A stretch of DNA of 64,000 bases from a bacterium (GTDB taxonomy: Bacteria; Patescibacteriota; Microgenomatia; JAMCZE01), in the NCBI GenBank assembly GCA_021836035.1, contig JAKBJL010000003.1, positions 68,135 through 132,134 of the forward strand, in the 5' to 3' direction. Under the pieces are notes generated by a model. It had not been told where the DNA came from, did no database searches, and saw nothing but the letters and a program-made list of their open reading frames with translations. The position numbers and the translations under genes were made by a program. Shown here piece after piece: positions 1-10,296 of this stretch. Position 1 is the stretch's first letter, and the number at the start of each line of letters is the position of its first letter.

Positions 1-586
1 AAATTAAAATATCTAAATAGGCGGCCATCCAGTTTGGTTGGCCTAAGGTAGCAAAGACCCGGTTTTTAACATCTTGTATCCAGCAAGTATCATCGAATTT
101 GCCGGTAAATAAAAGGCAGGAAGGGGAAGCCCCGAAATGTTCCGCAAACCCCCAGAGAGAAACAATAACTCCGGAAGCAAAAGAGATTTTTAAAATATTT
201 ATCGCCTGGCGTTTTTGGAGGTTGGAGACGGCGGCAAAATAGAGAAGCAGGTAGGAAGCGGTGGCGAGCAAGCCCTCATGAAAGCGGGAATAATAGCCCC
301 AGATACTGGTATGGATATCGATGCTGAAGAGAGTGGAAAGTATATGGCTGGCAAGATACAAGAGAAGCGGAATTTCCAAAAATGTCCGGCGGTAAATAAT
401 TTTTTTGGTGAGGACCATTTTGGTAACCCAGGCAAGGGCAATAATAATCGTCAGCCCATAGGTCAGCATCATTTTGTTATATTCAAAAAGTTCGGAAGTC
501 GCGGAAGTAAAAATAAGCGGCACGAGAAAAAAGAGCGCGTAGAACCCCCACTCAATAATAGTATTAATTAGCCCAACTAAAGCCAT
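1..586 (-). CDS. O-antigen-ligase-like polytopic membrane protein, N-terminal part; the gene continues past the window start
   Basis: Minus-strand frame is open from the ATG at 586..584 to position 1; it is absent from the ORF track only because no stop falls in the window. Translation MALVGLINTIIEWGFYALFFLVPLIFTSATSELFEY...SIDIHTSIWGYYSRFHEGLLATASYLLLYF...TLGQPNWMAAYL is strongly hydrophobic with several predicted TM helices. Track ORFs 215..571(+) and 199..441(-) are other frames of the same DNA. Confidence 0.4.
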   Translation of the reverse strand, partial: MALVGLINTIIEWGFYALFFLVPLIFTSATSELFEYNKMMLTYGLTIIIALAWVTKMVLTKKIIYRRTFLEIPLLLYLASHILSTLFSIDIHTSIWGYYSRFHEGLLATASYLLLYFAAVSNLQKRQAINILKISFASGVIVSLWGFAEHFGASPSCLLFTGKFDDTCWIQDVKNRVFATLGQPNWMAAYLDILI

Positions 587-1578
587 GGAAAATATAAAGA
601 ATGAACTATTATAACCTAATACCGCCACGTTTTGGGCAATTGGGTAGGAGGCTAATGTTACTGTTAATTCTTTTCTGCCCCCCCTTTTTCCACTTTAGAA
701 TCGATTGACAAACGCTACACACATGCGTCATAGTTTTCAATATAACCTGAATCAGATTATGGACAAAGATGAGAGGCAAAGATTGAAGAACTTATATTGA
801 AAGCATAAAAAGATCGCGAGGAAAGAGATTATAGACAATATCTCCCGTAATATAGCTAAGCAAACCCAGGTTAAACTGAAGGAGTTTTCCCGAAATTTCA
901 CGAATAAGGATTTATTAGTAACGCTGGAAGCGGGAACTTTGCTGGGTTTTTTCTTTTGTCGCTCCGTAGGTAGCAAAGATTGGCACTTCTTTAATTACTC
1001 GTTATTATAGATAAAAAGACTGACGAAGAAGAACCCTTACAAAAGAGATCGGCTGAGAAACAGAATATACAATTACTAAAAGAGAACATCGGCAGATTCT
1101 AAAATATAATTTCGAAAAAACGGCAATATCCATGGCCCAACACTGGGACGGTATTTAGCGGTTAATTTTCTATGATAGTTCTTCTTTAAGAAGCGGTGCG
1201 AGGAATGCATTTAGAAAAATATTCGCGATTTAAGTTGTCTCCAAATTCAAGAAAGCGTCTTATCTTTTTCCTTATGAATGCCATAAAGAAATAGTCTTTT
1301 TGCGGAGGTAATTCGGAATCGGAGGGGATATTGTTTATATGGAAATAAAAATATAGAAAGCCAGAGGCCTTTCAGAAAATATTTCAGAATTTAAAATTAA
1401 AAGTAATTAAAAACAACGCGCATGCGGAGCAATATTCAATTAGGGAAGAGAAGATTTGTAGCATACCCAAGCGATCTATGTGATCTCTGTTATATTGCTA
1501 TTCAAAAATATACGGAATCGATATCCCCGATTAATCGTTATCTCTTTTGTCTTTTATTCGGGATTTTGTTAAAGTAAC

Positions 1579-2793
1579 GTGGTGAACGCTTCCTATAATA
1601 ATATACCCCTTGCAGAAAGATTGAGACCAAAGAATTTTGCCGATTTTGCCGGACAGGAACATTTGGTCGGAGAGAACGGTATCGTGGTTCGCCTGATCAA
1701 AGCCGCTCGGTCGGGAGCAGTTTTCCCCTCGCTTATTTTATGGGGACCACCGGGAAGCGGAAAAACGACTATGGCAAGAATTATTGCCAGGGAGTTAAAT
1801 GCTCCCTTTTTTGAATTCTCCGCGGTAAATGCTTCGATCAAAGAAATACAGCAGGTAACCAGGGATGCGGAAGTGGGCAAGCGCCCTATAGTATTTATTG
1901 ACGAAATTCACCGTTTTAATAAAGCCCAGCAAGATAGATTATTACCGCATGTGGAGCGGGGAGAGATGGTAGTAATCGGGGCCACAACCGAAAATCCCTC
2001 TTTTGAGATAATCGGCCCGCTTTTATCCCGGACCAGGGTTTTGGTTTTAAAACAATTAAGCACCGAATGGTTGGGAAGAATTTTGGCTAAAGCATTGGGG
2101 ATTGTGGGAAAGAAGTTGGGAGATGAAGGAAAGGAATTTCTCCTGGAGGCAGCCAACGGCGACGCCCGGATATTGTTAAACGTGGTGGAAATTGCGGCAA
2201 GTATCACCGGGGAAAAGGAAATCAGCGTGGTCGATTTGGAAGAAGCCTTGCAAAGAAGGCAGCTCTCTTTTGATCTAAAAGGGGAAGAATTCTACAACAC
2301 GATTTCCGCCCTCCATAAATCGATCCGAGGTTCGGATCCTGACGCAGCCCTTTATTATTTAGCACGGATGCTGGAGGCGGGCCAGGATCCTTTGTATATC
2401 GCCCGGCGGTTGGTAAGGGCAGCTTCGGAGGATATCGGAATGGCGGATTTCCGGGCGCTTCTTATTGCCCAGGCGGCATTTGATGCCTGTAACGAACTGG
2501 GGATGCCGGAGTGCAATATGGCTTTAGCCCAAGTAGTCGTCTATCTTGCGACGGCGAAAAAATCCAATGCTTTATATATGGCTTATGGAGAAGCGGCTCA
2601 TGATGTACACCAATATGGTAATCTGCCGGTCCCCATGCATATTAGAAACGCCGTGACAAAACTAATGAAAGAAGTTGGTTACGGCAAGAACTATAACTAT
2701 TATCACAGCCCTATCGGTGAGAAATTGTCCGGTGTCGATTATCTTCCCGATAAGCTCCGTGACCGCAAATATTGGAGCAAACGCGTTAAATGA
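1579..2793 (+). CDS. rarA: Replication-associated recombination protein A (MgsA/RarA AAA+ ATPase)
   Basis: GTG start. Walker A GPPGSGKTT, Walker B VFIDEIHRFNK and the C-terminal MgsA helical lid (ALHKSIRGSDPDAALYYLARML) are present. Confidence 0.85.
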   Translation: MVNASYNNIPLAERLRPKNFADFAGQEHLVGENGIVVRLIKAARSGAVFPSLILWGPPGSGKTTMARIIARELNAPFFEFSAVNASIKEIQQVTRDAEVGKRPIVFIDEIHRFNKAQQDRLLPHVERGEMVVIGATTENPSFEIIGPLLSRTRVLVLKQLSTEWLGRILAKALGIVGKKLGDEGKEFLLEAANGDARILLNVVEIAASITGEKEISVVDLEEALQRRQLSFDLKGEEFYNTISALHKSIRGSDPDAALYYLARMLEAGQDPLYIARRLVRAASEDIGMADFRALLIAQAAFDACNELGMPECNMALAQVVVYLATAKKSNALYMAYGEAAHDVHQYGNLPVPMHIRNAVTKLMKEVGYGKNYNYYHSPIGEKLSGVDYLPDKLRDRKYWSKRVK

Positions 2794-3052
2794 AATTATT
2801 TTAATTCAAGGGACCCGGCAACCAACAGCCCCATTCAAGTCATTTCGCCCACACGGCTAATTTTGTATCTTATTTTTTGTATCTTGGTAATTAAATTCTG
2901 GTTTAATGAAAAAGGTGGGGCCTGTACTCTTAAATATGGTGCCCCGCTGGTTGCCATCCTTTTTAAAATTAATGAATCAATAAAAATGAAAAAGATAAAA
3001 TAATTTGCTCTGACTATCAATTTCCCTCTCAAAATGATAGTATTTTTTTGCC

Positions 3053-4102
3053 ATGGTCGACAAACTATTTGGTTTGGTCTCCTATGATTTAGGTATTGAT
3101 TTGGGGACGGCAAATACTTTGGTTTTGGTTAGGGGTAAAGGTATTATTATCCGCGAGCCTTCGGTTGTTGCCATGCAGCGGAAAACCAAGCGGGTGATTG
3201 CTGTTGGGGGAGACGCTAAAAAAATGGTGGGACGGACGCCGGCGAATATCCTCGCGATTTCTCCTTTATCCGACGGAGTGATTGCCGATTTCGACGCGAC
3301 GGCGGCGATGCTGCGTCATTATATCGGTAAAATTCATACTCTTCCCGGCACTTTTTTTAAGATACCGCGCCCGCGGGTGGTAGTCGGCATTCCCTCGGGA
3401 GTTACGGAGGTGGAACGGCGGGCGGTCCAGGAAGCGGCCATGAATGCCGGAGCCCGCAAGGCTTATTTAATTGAAGAACCGATGGCAGCGGCGATTGGAG
3501 TCGGAATTAATATTGACGATTCACGGGGATCGATGATAGTAGATATTGGTGGAGGAACTTCGGAAATGGCGGTGGTCGCCCTGGGCGGGATTGTCATAAA
3601 TAAATCTATCAGAATGGCCGGCAAAGAAATGGACGCGGCGATTATTAATTTCCTGCGGCTTAAAAACGGTTTACTGATCGGCGAGAGGACAGCGGAAGAA
3701 ATCAAGATTGGTATCGGCAGCGCGGACGGTAAGGCGGCGGGGGAAAAATACGCTGTTATCCGGGGACGTGATTTGGAAACCGGTTTGCCGAAAAGCTTGC
3801 GGGTTTCGGCCGGAGAAATTCAGGAAGCTTTGTCCCCGGTTCTAAATCAGATCGTCGATATGATTAAAAATCTGATAGAAGAAACACCTCCGGAGTTGGT
3901 CGCGGACATTATGGAGCGGGGTATGGTTTTAGCCGGCGGCGGGAGTTTGTTACCCGGTATTGATAAATTTATTGCCGAAGCAACAAAAATGCCGGTTTGG
4001 GTTACGGAAGAACCCATGGCTGCGGTAGTCCGCGGCTGCGGAAAAGTTTTAGAAAATGATACCTTGCTGCATCGCGTCCGGGTAACTGGTGGCTTACGTT
4101 AA
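3053..4102 (+). CDS. mreB: Rod-shape-determining actin homologue MreB
   Basis: Actin-fold phosphate and adenosine motifs GIDLGTANT, DIGGGTSE and LAGGGSLL are present. It is followed by mreC and mreD. Confidence 0.9.
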   Translation: MVDKLFGLVSYDLGIDLGTANTLVLVRGKGIIIREPSVVAMQRKTKRVIAVGGDAKKMVGRTPANILAISPLSDGVIADFDATAAMLRHYIGKIHTLPGTFFKIPRPRVVVGIPSGVTEVERRAVQEAAMNAGARKAYLIEEPMAAAIGVGINIDDSRGSMIVDIGGGTSEMAVVALGGIVINKSIRMAGKEMDAAIINFLRLKNGLLIGERTAEEIKIGIGSADGKAAGEKYAVIRGRDLETGLPKSLRVSAGEIQEALSPVLNQIVDMIKNLIEETPPELVADIMERGMVLAGGGSLLPGIDKFIAEATKMPVWVTEEPMAAVVRGCGKVLENDTLLHRVRVTGGLR

Positions 4103-4104
4103 AG

Positions 4105-4872
4105 ATGAAAAATAGGATATTATTCTTATTCCTGGTTCTCAGTGCTGCCGTTTTTCTCTTAGACCGTCAGGGTTTTTTAAAGCCCCTGCGAACAGGCGCC
4201 CAGAGACTGATTGTCCCCGTTCAATACACGGTTTTTTTCAGCGGAAGAATGCTCTTTTCGCCCCTAAGAGTTTTTACCTTTTGGCGGTCGGGAGAGGAAC
4301 GGATTAAAAATTTAGAACAGCGAAACCTAGCGCTTTCCGCGGAAGCGGCTAAAGTTCCTGGCCTTTTGCGGGAGAACGAAGCCCTGAAAAAACAGTTTGG
4401 CAGTAGCTCCAGCCAGAAATATAATTTACTGCCGGCAAACCTGATCGGTAAGACGGATTATTGGCAGATCGACCGGGGGGAAAAGGATGGAGTTAAGGTC
4501 GGCCAGGCAGTAGTCAGCGGGGAAGTATTGGTCGGAATTATTAAAAGGACTACCGGTATGACCGCATATCTAATGCGACCTTTCGATTCCCATGCTAAAA
4601 TTCCGGTAAAAGTGGGAACAACTCGGGGGGTAGTAATCGGGCAATATAATAACGCCATGATTCTTGACAAAGTAGCGCAAAATGAAAATATTAATGTCGG
4701 CGATTTTGTGCTTACTTCCGGAGAAGGCGGCCGCGTTGCTTCGGATTTAATCGTCGGCAGGATTAAAACAATCAGCAGTAAAGAAAGTGATCTGTTTAAG
4801 ACTGCGGAACTGGAGGGAATTATCGACGATCGGACTTTAGAAACTGTTTTTGTAGTACTGACTAATGAGTGA
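4105..4872 (+). CDS. mreC: Rod-shape-determining protein MreC
   Basis: N-terminal TM helix, a coiled-coil segment (NLEQRNLALSAEAAK...) and a C-terminal beta domain. Placed directly after mreB. Confidence 0.7.
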   Translation: MKNRILFLFLVLSAAVFLLDRQGFLKPLRTGAQRLIVPVQYTVFFSGRMLFSPLRVFTFWRSGEERIKNLEQRNLALSAEAAKVPGLLRENEALKKQFGSSSSQKYNLLPANLIGKTDYWQIDRGEKDGVKVGQAVVSGEVLVGIIKRTTGMTAYLMRPFDSHAKIPVKVGTTRGVVIGQYNNAMILDKVAQNENINVGDFVLTSGEGGRVASDLIVGRIKTISSKESDLFKTAELEGIIDDRTLETVFVVLTNE

Positions 4873-5194
4873 AATTGCGTTTTATTTAGCTGCTTTTTTC
4901 CTGGCAATTCTCGGTACTGCCTTTTTCCGGCTGGAGCTGGTTTTACCTTTAATTATTTTTTATGCCGTCAGCCATGATTTAAAAAAAGCGTCTTTTTTTG
5001 CTTTCGGGAGCGGATTGTTTACCGACCTGGTCTCCGGACAATTTTTAGGAGTCAGCAGCATTTTCTATTTGTTGGCCAGCGCCGGCGTCTTGCTCTATAA
5101 GAATAGGTATCAACCGAAGTTGATTCCGGTTTTAGCAATGCTTGTTTTTTGGGAAGCGATTTATGGATTATTTATCAGAGGATACTTTCAATAG
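4865..5194 (+). CDS. mreD: Rod-shape-determining protein MreD (small polytopic membrane protein)
   Basis: A 109-aa hydrophobic protein that overlaps the mreC stop and the mrdA start; assignment rests on synteny. Confidence 0.5.
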   Translation: MSEIAFYLAAFFLAILGTAFFRLELVLPLIIFYAVSHDLKKASFFAFGSGLFTDLVSGQFLGVSSIFYLLASAGVLLYKNRYQPKLIPVLAMLVFWEAIYGLFIRGYFQ

Positions 5195-6776
5195 CCGCTT
5201 TCGCCTGGTAGTTCTGGGCCTTTTGATTCTGGCGGGATTGTTTATTGTTTTTGCCCGGGTGGTGGTTCTGGCCGGTTTTTCCGGGAGTTATTATCGGGAG
5301 CTTTCTTCCGGTAATCGTACCCGCCAGACGGAGATTCCCGCCAATCGCGGAATTATTTTTGATCGTTATGATAAACCGCTGGTTGCCAACCTGCCGGTTT
5401 TTGTCCGCCAAAAATGCAGCAGCGGGAAATGTGACAGGGAGATTATTACTAAGGAAGAAGCGCTTTTGGATAGCAATAGCGAAGCCATCGCGGCGCGCCA
5501 TTATCTCTATGGGCCGGTATTAGCACATGTTTTGGGTTATGTTTCCCTGGCCGATCGGGTAGGGGTCGGAGGCGTCGAGGAGATTTATAACCGGGAGTTG
5601 GCCGGGACGCCTGGTAAGGAATTGTTTGAGGTAGATGCGACCGGAAAAAAATTGCGTTCGCTGGGGAAATTGGATCAGATATCCGGGGAGGACCTGCACT
5701 TAACTATCGACCTGAATCTTCAACAAGCCCTATATGAGGGTTTAAAGGGGGTTTCCGGAGCGGCAGTGGTTACCATTCCAGCTACCGGAGAAGTATTAGC
5801 CCTGGTTTCCGCCCCGCCGTATGACCCGAATCTGTTTACCGTTTTGTCCGCGGATCAGGAGAACCGGGAAAAGGATATCGAGAATGTTTTACATAATCCG
5901 GCGCAGCCCATATTTGACCGGGCGATCGGGGGGACCTTTCCGCCGGGATCTACTTTTAAGGTAATTACCGCTTCCGCGGGAATGGAATCCGGGGCAATTA
6001 CGGCCGCGACCCGGATTGAAGATACTGGTATTCTGGTAATCGGCCCGTTTAAATTTGCCAACTGGAAATGGCTGCGGGGCGGAGGAACCGAAGGGGTTTT
6101 AGACTTGGTCGGGGCCATAAGAAGAAGCAATGACATATTTTTCTATAAGGTTGGCGAGATGACCGGCCTGGACAAAATTGTCGACATGGCTAAGCGTTTC
6201 GGGTTAGGGGCAAAGTTAGGAATTGATCTGCCGGGAGAGGCAACGGGGCTGGTTCCGGATAAAGCCTGGCGGGAAAAGTATGCCCGTGAATGGTATTTAG
6301 GGGATACTTACCATTTAGCAATCGGCCAGGGAGATTTATTGGTAACGCCTTTACAGGTCAACGCCTGGACGGCGGCGATGGCTAACGGCGGCAAGGTTTG
6401 CCGACCGCATGTGCTTGCCGGGCCGAATGATTGCCGGGATTTGGGATTAAAAAAAGAGACGGTGGATTTGATAAAAAAAGGGATGGGGGAGGCGTGCAGT
6501 CCGGGCGGTACCGGCTGGCCGCTTTTTAACTACCGGGTAAAAACAGCAGAAGGAAAAGAAATAGTTGTCTCTTTTTCGTGTAAGACGGGGACGGCGGAAT
6601 TTGGGGATCCGAAGGACCGGACCCACGCTTGGTTTACCGCTTTTAGTCAGGGAGCGGTTTCGTCTACAAAGCCCCAAATTGCCATTACCCTTTTAATAGA
6701 AGGTGGTGGTGAAGGGTCCGACGTTGCCGGTCCCGTGGTCAAGAAAGTGTTGGATAAGTGGTATAGCCGGGATTAA
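5142..6776 (+). CDS. mrdA: Penicillin-binding protein 2 (elongasome transpeptidase)
   Basis: N-terminal TM anchor. Transpeptidase motifs SXXK (GSTFKV), SXN (RRSNDI) and KTG (CKTGTAEF) are present. Position after mreBCD supports PBP2 rather than FtsI. Confidence 0.8.
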   Translation: MFFGKRFMDYLSEDTFNSRFRLVVLGLLILAGLFIVFARVVVLAGFSGSYYRELSSGNRTRQTEIPANRGIIFDRYDKPLVANLPVFVRQKCSSGKCDREIITKEEALLDSNSEAIAARHYLYGPVLAHVLGYVSLADRVGVGGVEEIYNRELAGTPGKELFEVDATGKKLRSLGKLDQISGEDLHLTIDLNLQQALYEGLKGVSGAAVVTIPATGEVLALVSAPPYDPNLFTVLSADQENREKDIENVLHNPAQPIFDRAIGGTFPPGSTFKVITASAGMESGAITAATRIEDTGILVIGPFKFANWKWLRGGGTEGVLDLVGAIRRSNDIFFYKVGEMTGLDKIVDMAKRFGLGAKLGIDLPGEATGLVPDKAWREKYAREWYLGDTYHLAIGQGDLLVTPLQVNAWTAAMANGGKVCRPHVLAGPNDCRDLGLKKETVDLIKKGMGEACSPGGTGWPLFNYRVKTAEGKEIVVSFSCKTGTAEFGDPKDRTHAWFTAFSQGAVSSTKPQIAITLLIEGGGEGSDVAGPVVKKVLDKWYSRD

Positions 6777-7177
6777 CATGGATAGTATAAATCCTGAGAA
6801 AAGTATTTAGTTGCCTTCGCGACGGTTACGGGGATCGGACCGGCGCGCCCGTGAAACTCTTATGAAGGAAGTTTTGTCTGAGCTGTTACGACGGAAGCAA
6901 AAATTATTAATTGATTCCTATATTGAAAATATCCTTAAAAGAAAAATAAATATCATCACTATTTAAATAATAGTTATTCATAAAGGCTAATATATATTTC
7001 TGATCCCCTCCAGCGTTCTTTTTTTGAAGTCTAACCTGACACCTGCGCAACTTAACCGGCTGGGAAACTATCGGATTGTCGGTGTGGTGTGACCGGTGTT
7101 ATGACTTCCTACGGCCGGGAAGTAACGGAGAATTTGGTCTCTGATTTAGTCCCCGCGGTTTTACCAATAATTCCGGC

Positions 7178-7700
7178 ATGGTTTTGGTTATTGACGGAGT
7201 GGCGCACGAAGCGGTGATTAACGGCAGCGGGACGATTGCCGTTTTAAGCGCCGGGGTAGAGATTGTTTATCCGGCGGCGCACCGGGATTTATATATAGTA
7301 TCATCGAGCATAACGGAGCGATCGTATCCGAAGTGGCATCGAAAAAAACGGTTAATAAGGGTTTCTTCCTGCCCGCAACCGCGCTATTTCCGGGCTTATC
7401 GAAGTGGTAGTGGTAGCTGGAGGAGCGATTGTTTCCGACGGTTTGATTACCACCCGGTTGGCTTTGGAGCAGTGGCGGGAAGTTTTTGCGATCACGGGGA
7501 CGATCAATTCGCGGGTCGCGGAAGGAACAAATTATCTTTCAAAGCAGGGAGCCAAGCTGGTGACAGACACAGAAGATATTTTAGTAGAGTTAGGGTACGA
7601 TAATAAAAGCAATAAAGGCAATAAAGAGATACCGAAAGGGGAAACGGAAGAGGAACAAAAATATAATAGATCTGCTAATAAAAGAGCCGTTGGATTTTGA
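7178..7700 (+). pseudogene. dprA: DNA-processing protein A (DprA), decayed by multiple frameshifts
   Basis: DprA Rossmann-domain motifs lie in three frames. VIDGVAHEAVINGSGTIAVLSAGVEIVYP is in frame 2 (7178..7296). SIIEHNGAIVSEV is in frame 1 (~7297..7400). VVVAGGAIVSDGLITTRLALEQWREVFAITG...KQGAKLVTDTEDILVELG is in frame 0 (7404..7700). Further remnants (LTPAQLNRLGNYRIVGVV) sit near 7040..7100 with stops, and there is no intact N-terminal domain. Confidence 0.55.
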
Positions 7701-8099
7701 TGAAAATTCCCGTCAAAACGGTTTTCCCAGTTCCAAATTAAGCGCTATCCTTTCAGTAATTGAGATAACAAAAAAATTAAGAACCTCGATTCTTTATATC
7801 GGCTATTTTAATTTAAGGTTCCCCGTCTATCGGTAACCGGCAGGAAGGTTTGCCCGTCGATCGTTATCCCAAAGACGGATGGGGGGCTCGAAGTCCAAAA
7901 AGATTACTCGACCGCTAGTCTATATGTACTTAAATATGCATGTAGCGCTGCCGCTCGCAACTTTTTGTTCCTCCTGGGTCTTTAAAAGAGGGACGGAGCC
8001 TGAAAATATTCGTGGGAATTCGTGTAATTTCGTTTATTTATACTTGACAATCGTGTTACGCTTAACGCACTATGGAGTGTATCAGGATATAATTTACTA

Positions 8100-10145
8100 A
8101 TGGATATAATTATTGTTGAGTCACCGACCAAGGCGAAGACCCTGTCCCGGTTTTTAGGTGGCGCTTATCAAATTGAGGCTTCTTTCGGGCATATCCGCGA
8201 CCTGCCCGCAAGCAAGCTGGGGATTGATGTGGAGCGTAATTTTACTCCGGATTATATTATTCCCAAAGATAAGAAAGAAAAAGTGGAACAATTGCGCAGG
8301 GAAGCGGGGAAAGCCCAGTCAGTAATTCTTGCTACTGACCCGGATCGGGAAGGGGAAGCGATTGCCTATCACCTGAGAGAAGTGATCAGCGGAAAAGCAA
8401 AATTTCAACGGATTACTTTCCACGAAATTACGGAACCGGCGATTAAAGAAGCTCTCAAAAACCCGGGAGAGATTAATATGCAACTCGTGGATGCTCAGCA
8501 AGCCCGGAGGATTTTGGACCGTCTGGTCGGTTATAAATTGTCACCGCTCTTGTGGCGCAAAATCCGAAGGGGGCTTTCTGCCGGAAGAGTTCAAAGTGTG
8601 GCTGTCCGTTTAATTGTCGAGAGGGAAAGGGAAATTTTAGCCTTTAAACCAGAGGAATATTGGGAAATTGTGACGAAGTTAAAAGTTCAAAGTTTAAAGC
8701 TGCAAGAAGACGGGGGGGAGTTTGAGGCAAAATTGACTAAGATAGACGGTAAGTCGGCGGAAATTAGGAATAAAGGCGAAGCAGATGTTATTACCGCGGA
8801 ATTGGAGAAAGCGGAATTTAAAGTAAGTGATGTCCAGAAGAAGGAAGTTAAAAGGAGCCCTTACCCGCCCTTTACCACTTCAACCATGCAACAGTCGGCT
8901 TCTAATCTTTTCGGCTGGAGTGCCAAAAGGACAATGCAGGTAGCGCAAAATCTTTACGAAGAAGGCTTAATTACCTACCACCGGACGGATTCTACCAATT
9001 TGAATATGGAAGCCGTTAATAACGCGCGGAATTTTATCCGGGAACGTTTCGGTAATAATTATGCGCCGGAAGAGCCCCGTTTCTATAAGACTAAATCAAA
9101 GGTGGCCCAGGAAGCACATGAAGCTATCAGGCCGACGAGGATCGGAGAATTGGAACAGGTTAAGCAGCAAATTACCGGGCGGGATGAAGAGCGGTTATAT
9201 GAGTTGATATGGAAGAGGTTTCTGGCTTGCCAAATGAGCGAAACAGTTTTCGAACAAACGGGAGCGGATATCAACGTGGTGAACCATGAGCAGAATATAG
9301 GGAACCCCGACTTAGTCGAGGCGAACAGCCAAAGGCGGGAATATTTATTGAGGGCGAACGGGAGCAAAAGATTGTTTGACGGATGGACGAAGCTATTCGG
9401 CAGTGCAAATAACAATAATGATGACAGCAACGGAAGTGATAAAGAATTGCCGGAGCTTACTGCCGGAGATTTACTGCAATTATTGGGAATTTTGCCCAGC
9501 CAGCATTTCACCGAACCGCCGCCGCGTTATACGGAAGCAAGTCTTATCAAGGCTTTGGAAGAATATGGTATCGGACGTCCAAGCACTTACGCGCCGATTA
9601 TTTCGACGATCCTGGAAAGGTTTTATGTCGAAAGGTTAGAAAAAAAACTGCATCCGACGGCTTTAGGAATAGCGGTCAACGACTTTTTGATTGCTAACTT
9701 TCCGGAAATTCTGAATTACCAGTTTACCGCCGGTATGGAAGAAAGTCTTGATGATATTGCTAACGGGAAGAAGCAATGGGTCGGAGTAATCAGGGATTTT
9801 TATGATCCTTTTGCCGAACAACTTGGCAAGGTGGGGGATACGGCGGAAAGGGTTAAAGTAGAAACGGAAACGACGGACGAAGTTTGTCCCCTGGACGGCT
9901 CTCCTTTAATTATTCGGATCGGAAAATTCGGGAGGTTTCTAGCCTGCAGCAAATTTCCGGAATGTAAATTCACCAAGACATTTGCCAAGAAAATTGATGT
10001 TAAATGCCCCAAATGCGGTGGGGATATTATTATCAAAAGAACCCGCAGCAAAAAAACTTTCTATGGCTGCAGCAATTACCCCCAATGCGATTTTGCCAGC
10101 TGGACCAAACCCAAAGCGGTAAATGTAGTTGAACCAGCAAGTTAG
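8100..10145 (+). CDS. topA: DNA topoisomerase I
   Basis: Toprim N-terminus MDIIIVESPTKAKTL, the catalytic Tyr region (LYEEGLITYHRTDS) and C-terminal C4 zinc ribbons (CPLDGSPL...CSKFPEC, CPKCGG...CSNYPQC) are present. Confidence 0.9.
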   Translation: MDIIIVESPTKAKTLSRFLGGAYQIEASFGHIRDLPASKLGIDVERNFTPDYIIPKDKKEKVEQLRREAGKAQSVILATDPDREGEAIAYHLREVISGKAKFQRITFHEITEPAIKEALKNPGEINMQLVDAQQARRILDRLVGYKLSPLLWRKIRRGLSAGRVQSVAVRLIVEREREILAFKPEEYWEIVTKLKVQSLKLQEDGGEFEAKLTKIDGKSAEIRNKGEADVITAELEKAEFKVSDVQKKEVKRSPYPPFTTSTMQQSASNLFGWSAKRTMQVAQNLYEEGLITYHRTDSTNLNMEAVNNARNFIRERFGNNYAPEEPRFYKTKSKVAQEAHEAIRPTRIGELEQVKQQITGRDEERLYELIWKRFLACQMSETVFEQTGADINVVNHEQNIGNPDLVEANSQRREYLLRANGSKRLFDGWTKLFGSANNNNDDSNGSDKELPELTAGDLLQLLGILPSQHFTEPPPRYTEASLIKALEEYGIGRPSTYAPIISTILERFYVERLEKKLHPTALGIAVNDFLIANFPEILNYQFTAGMEESLDDIANGKKQWVGVIRDFYDPFAEQLGKVGDTAERVKVETETTDEVCPLDGSPLIIRIGKFGRFLACSKFPECKFTKTFAKKIDVKCPKCGGDIIIKRTRSKKTFYGCSNYPQCDFASWTKPKAVNVVEPAS

Positions 10146-10296
10146 AAACCCTTACCAAGAGAAATATTAGTCAGGGGCAAGAGGAACAGAGCATTTTGCG
10201 GGTTGACCTATTGCAGATTGATAAACGCCCATGTTACATTAGCTCCCAGTAAATAGAAAGTGTATTTGCTTGTATTAGCGTATATTCGCTAAATAG

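Noticed and set aside
215-571. Track ORFs 215..571(+) and 199..441(-)
   Set aside because: Both are alternative frames of a longer minus-strand open frame (586..1) whose translation is a convincing polytopic membrane protein. Their own translations are low-complexity.
7879-8100. ORF 7879..8100 (73 aa) upstream of topA
   Set aside because: It lies in the AT-rich promoter region of topA, with low-complexity translation and no RBS.
9083-9639. Antisense and overlapping ORFs inside topA, mrdA, pyrG, the ATPase and others (many track entries)
   Set aside because: They are entirely contained within strongly supported genes on the opposite strand or in another frame and have biased, low-complexity translations.
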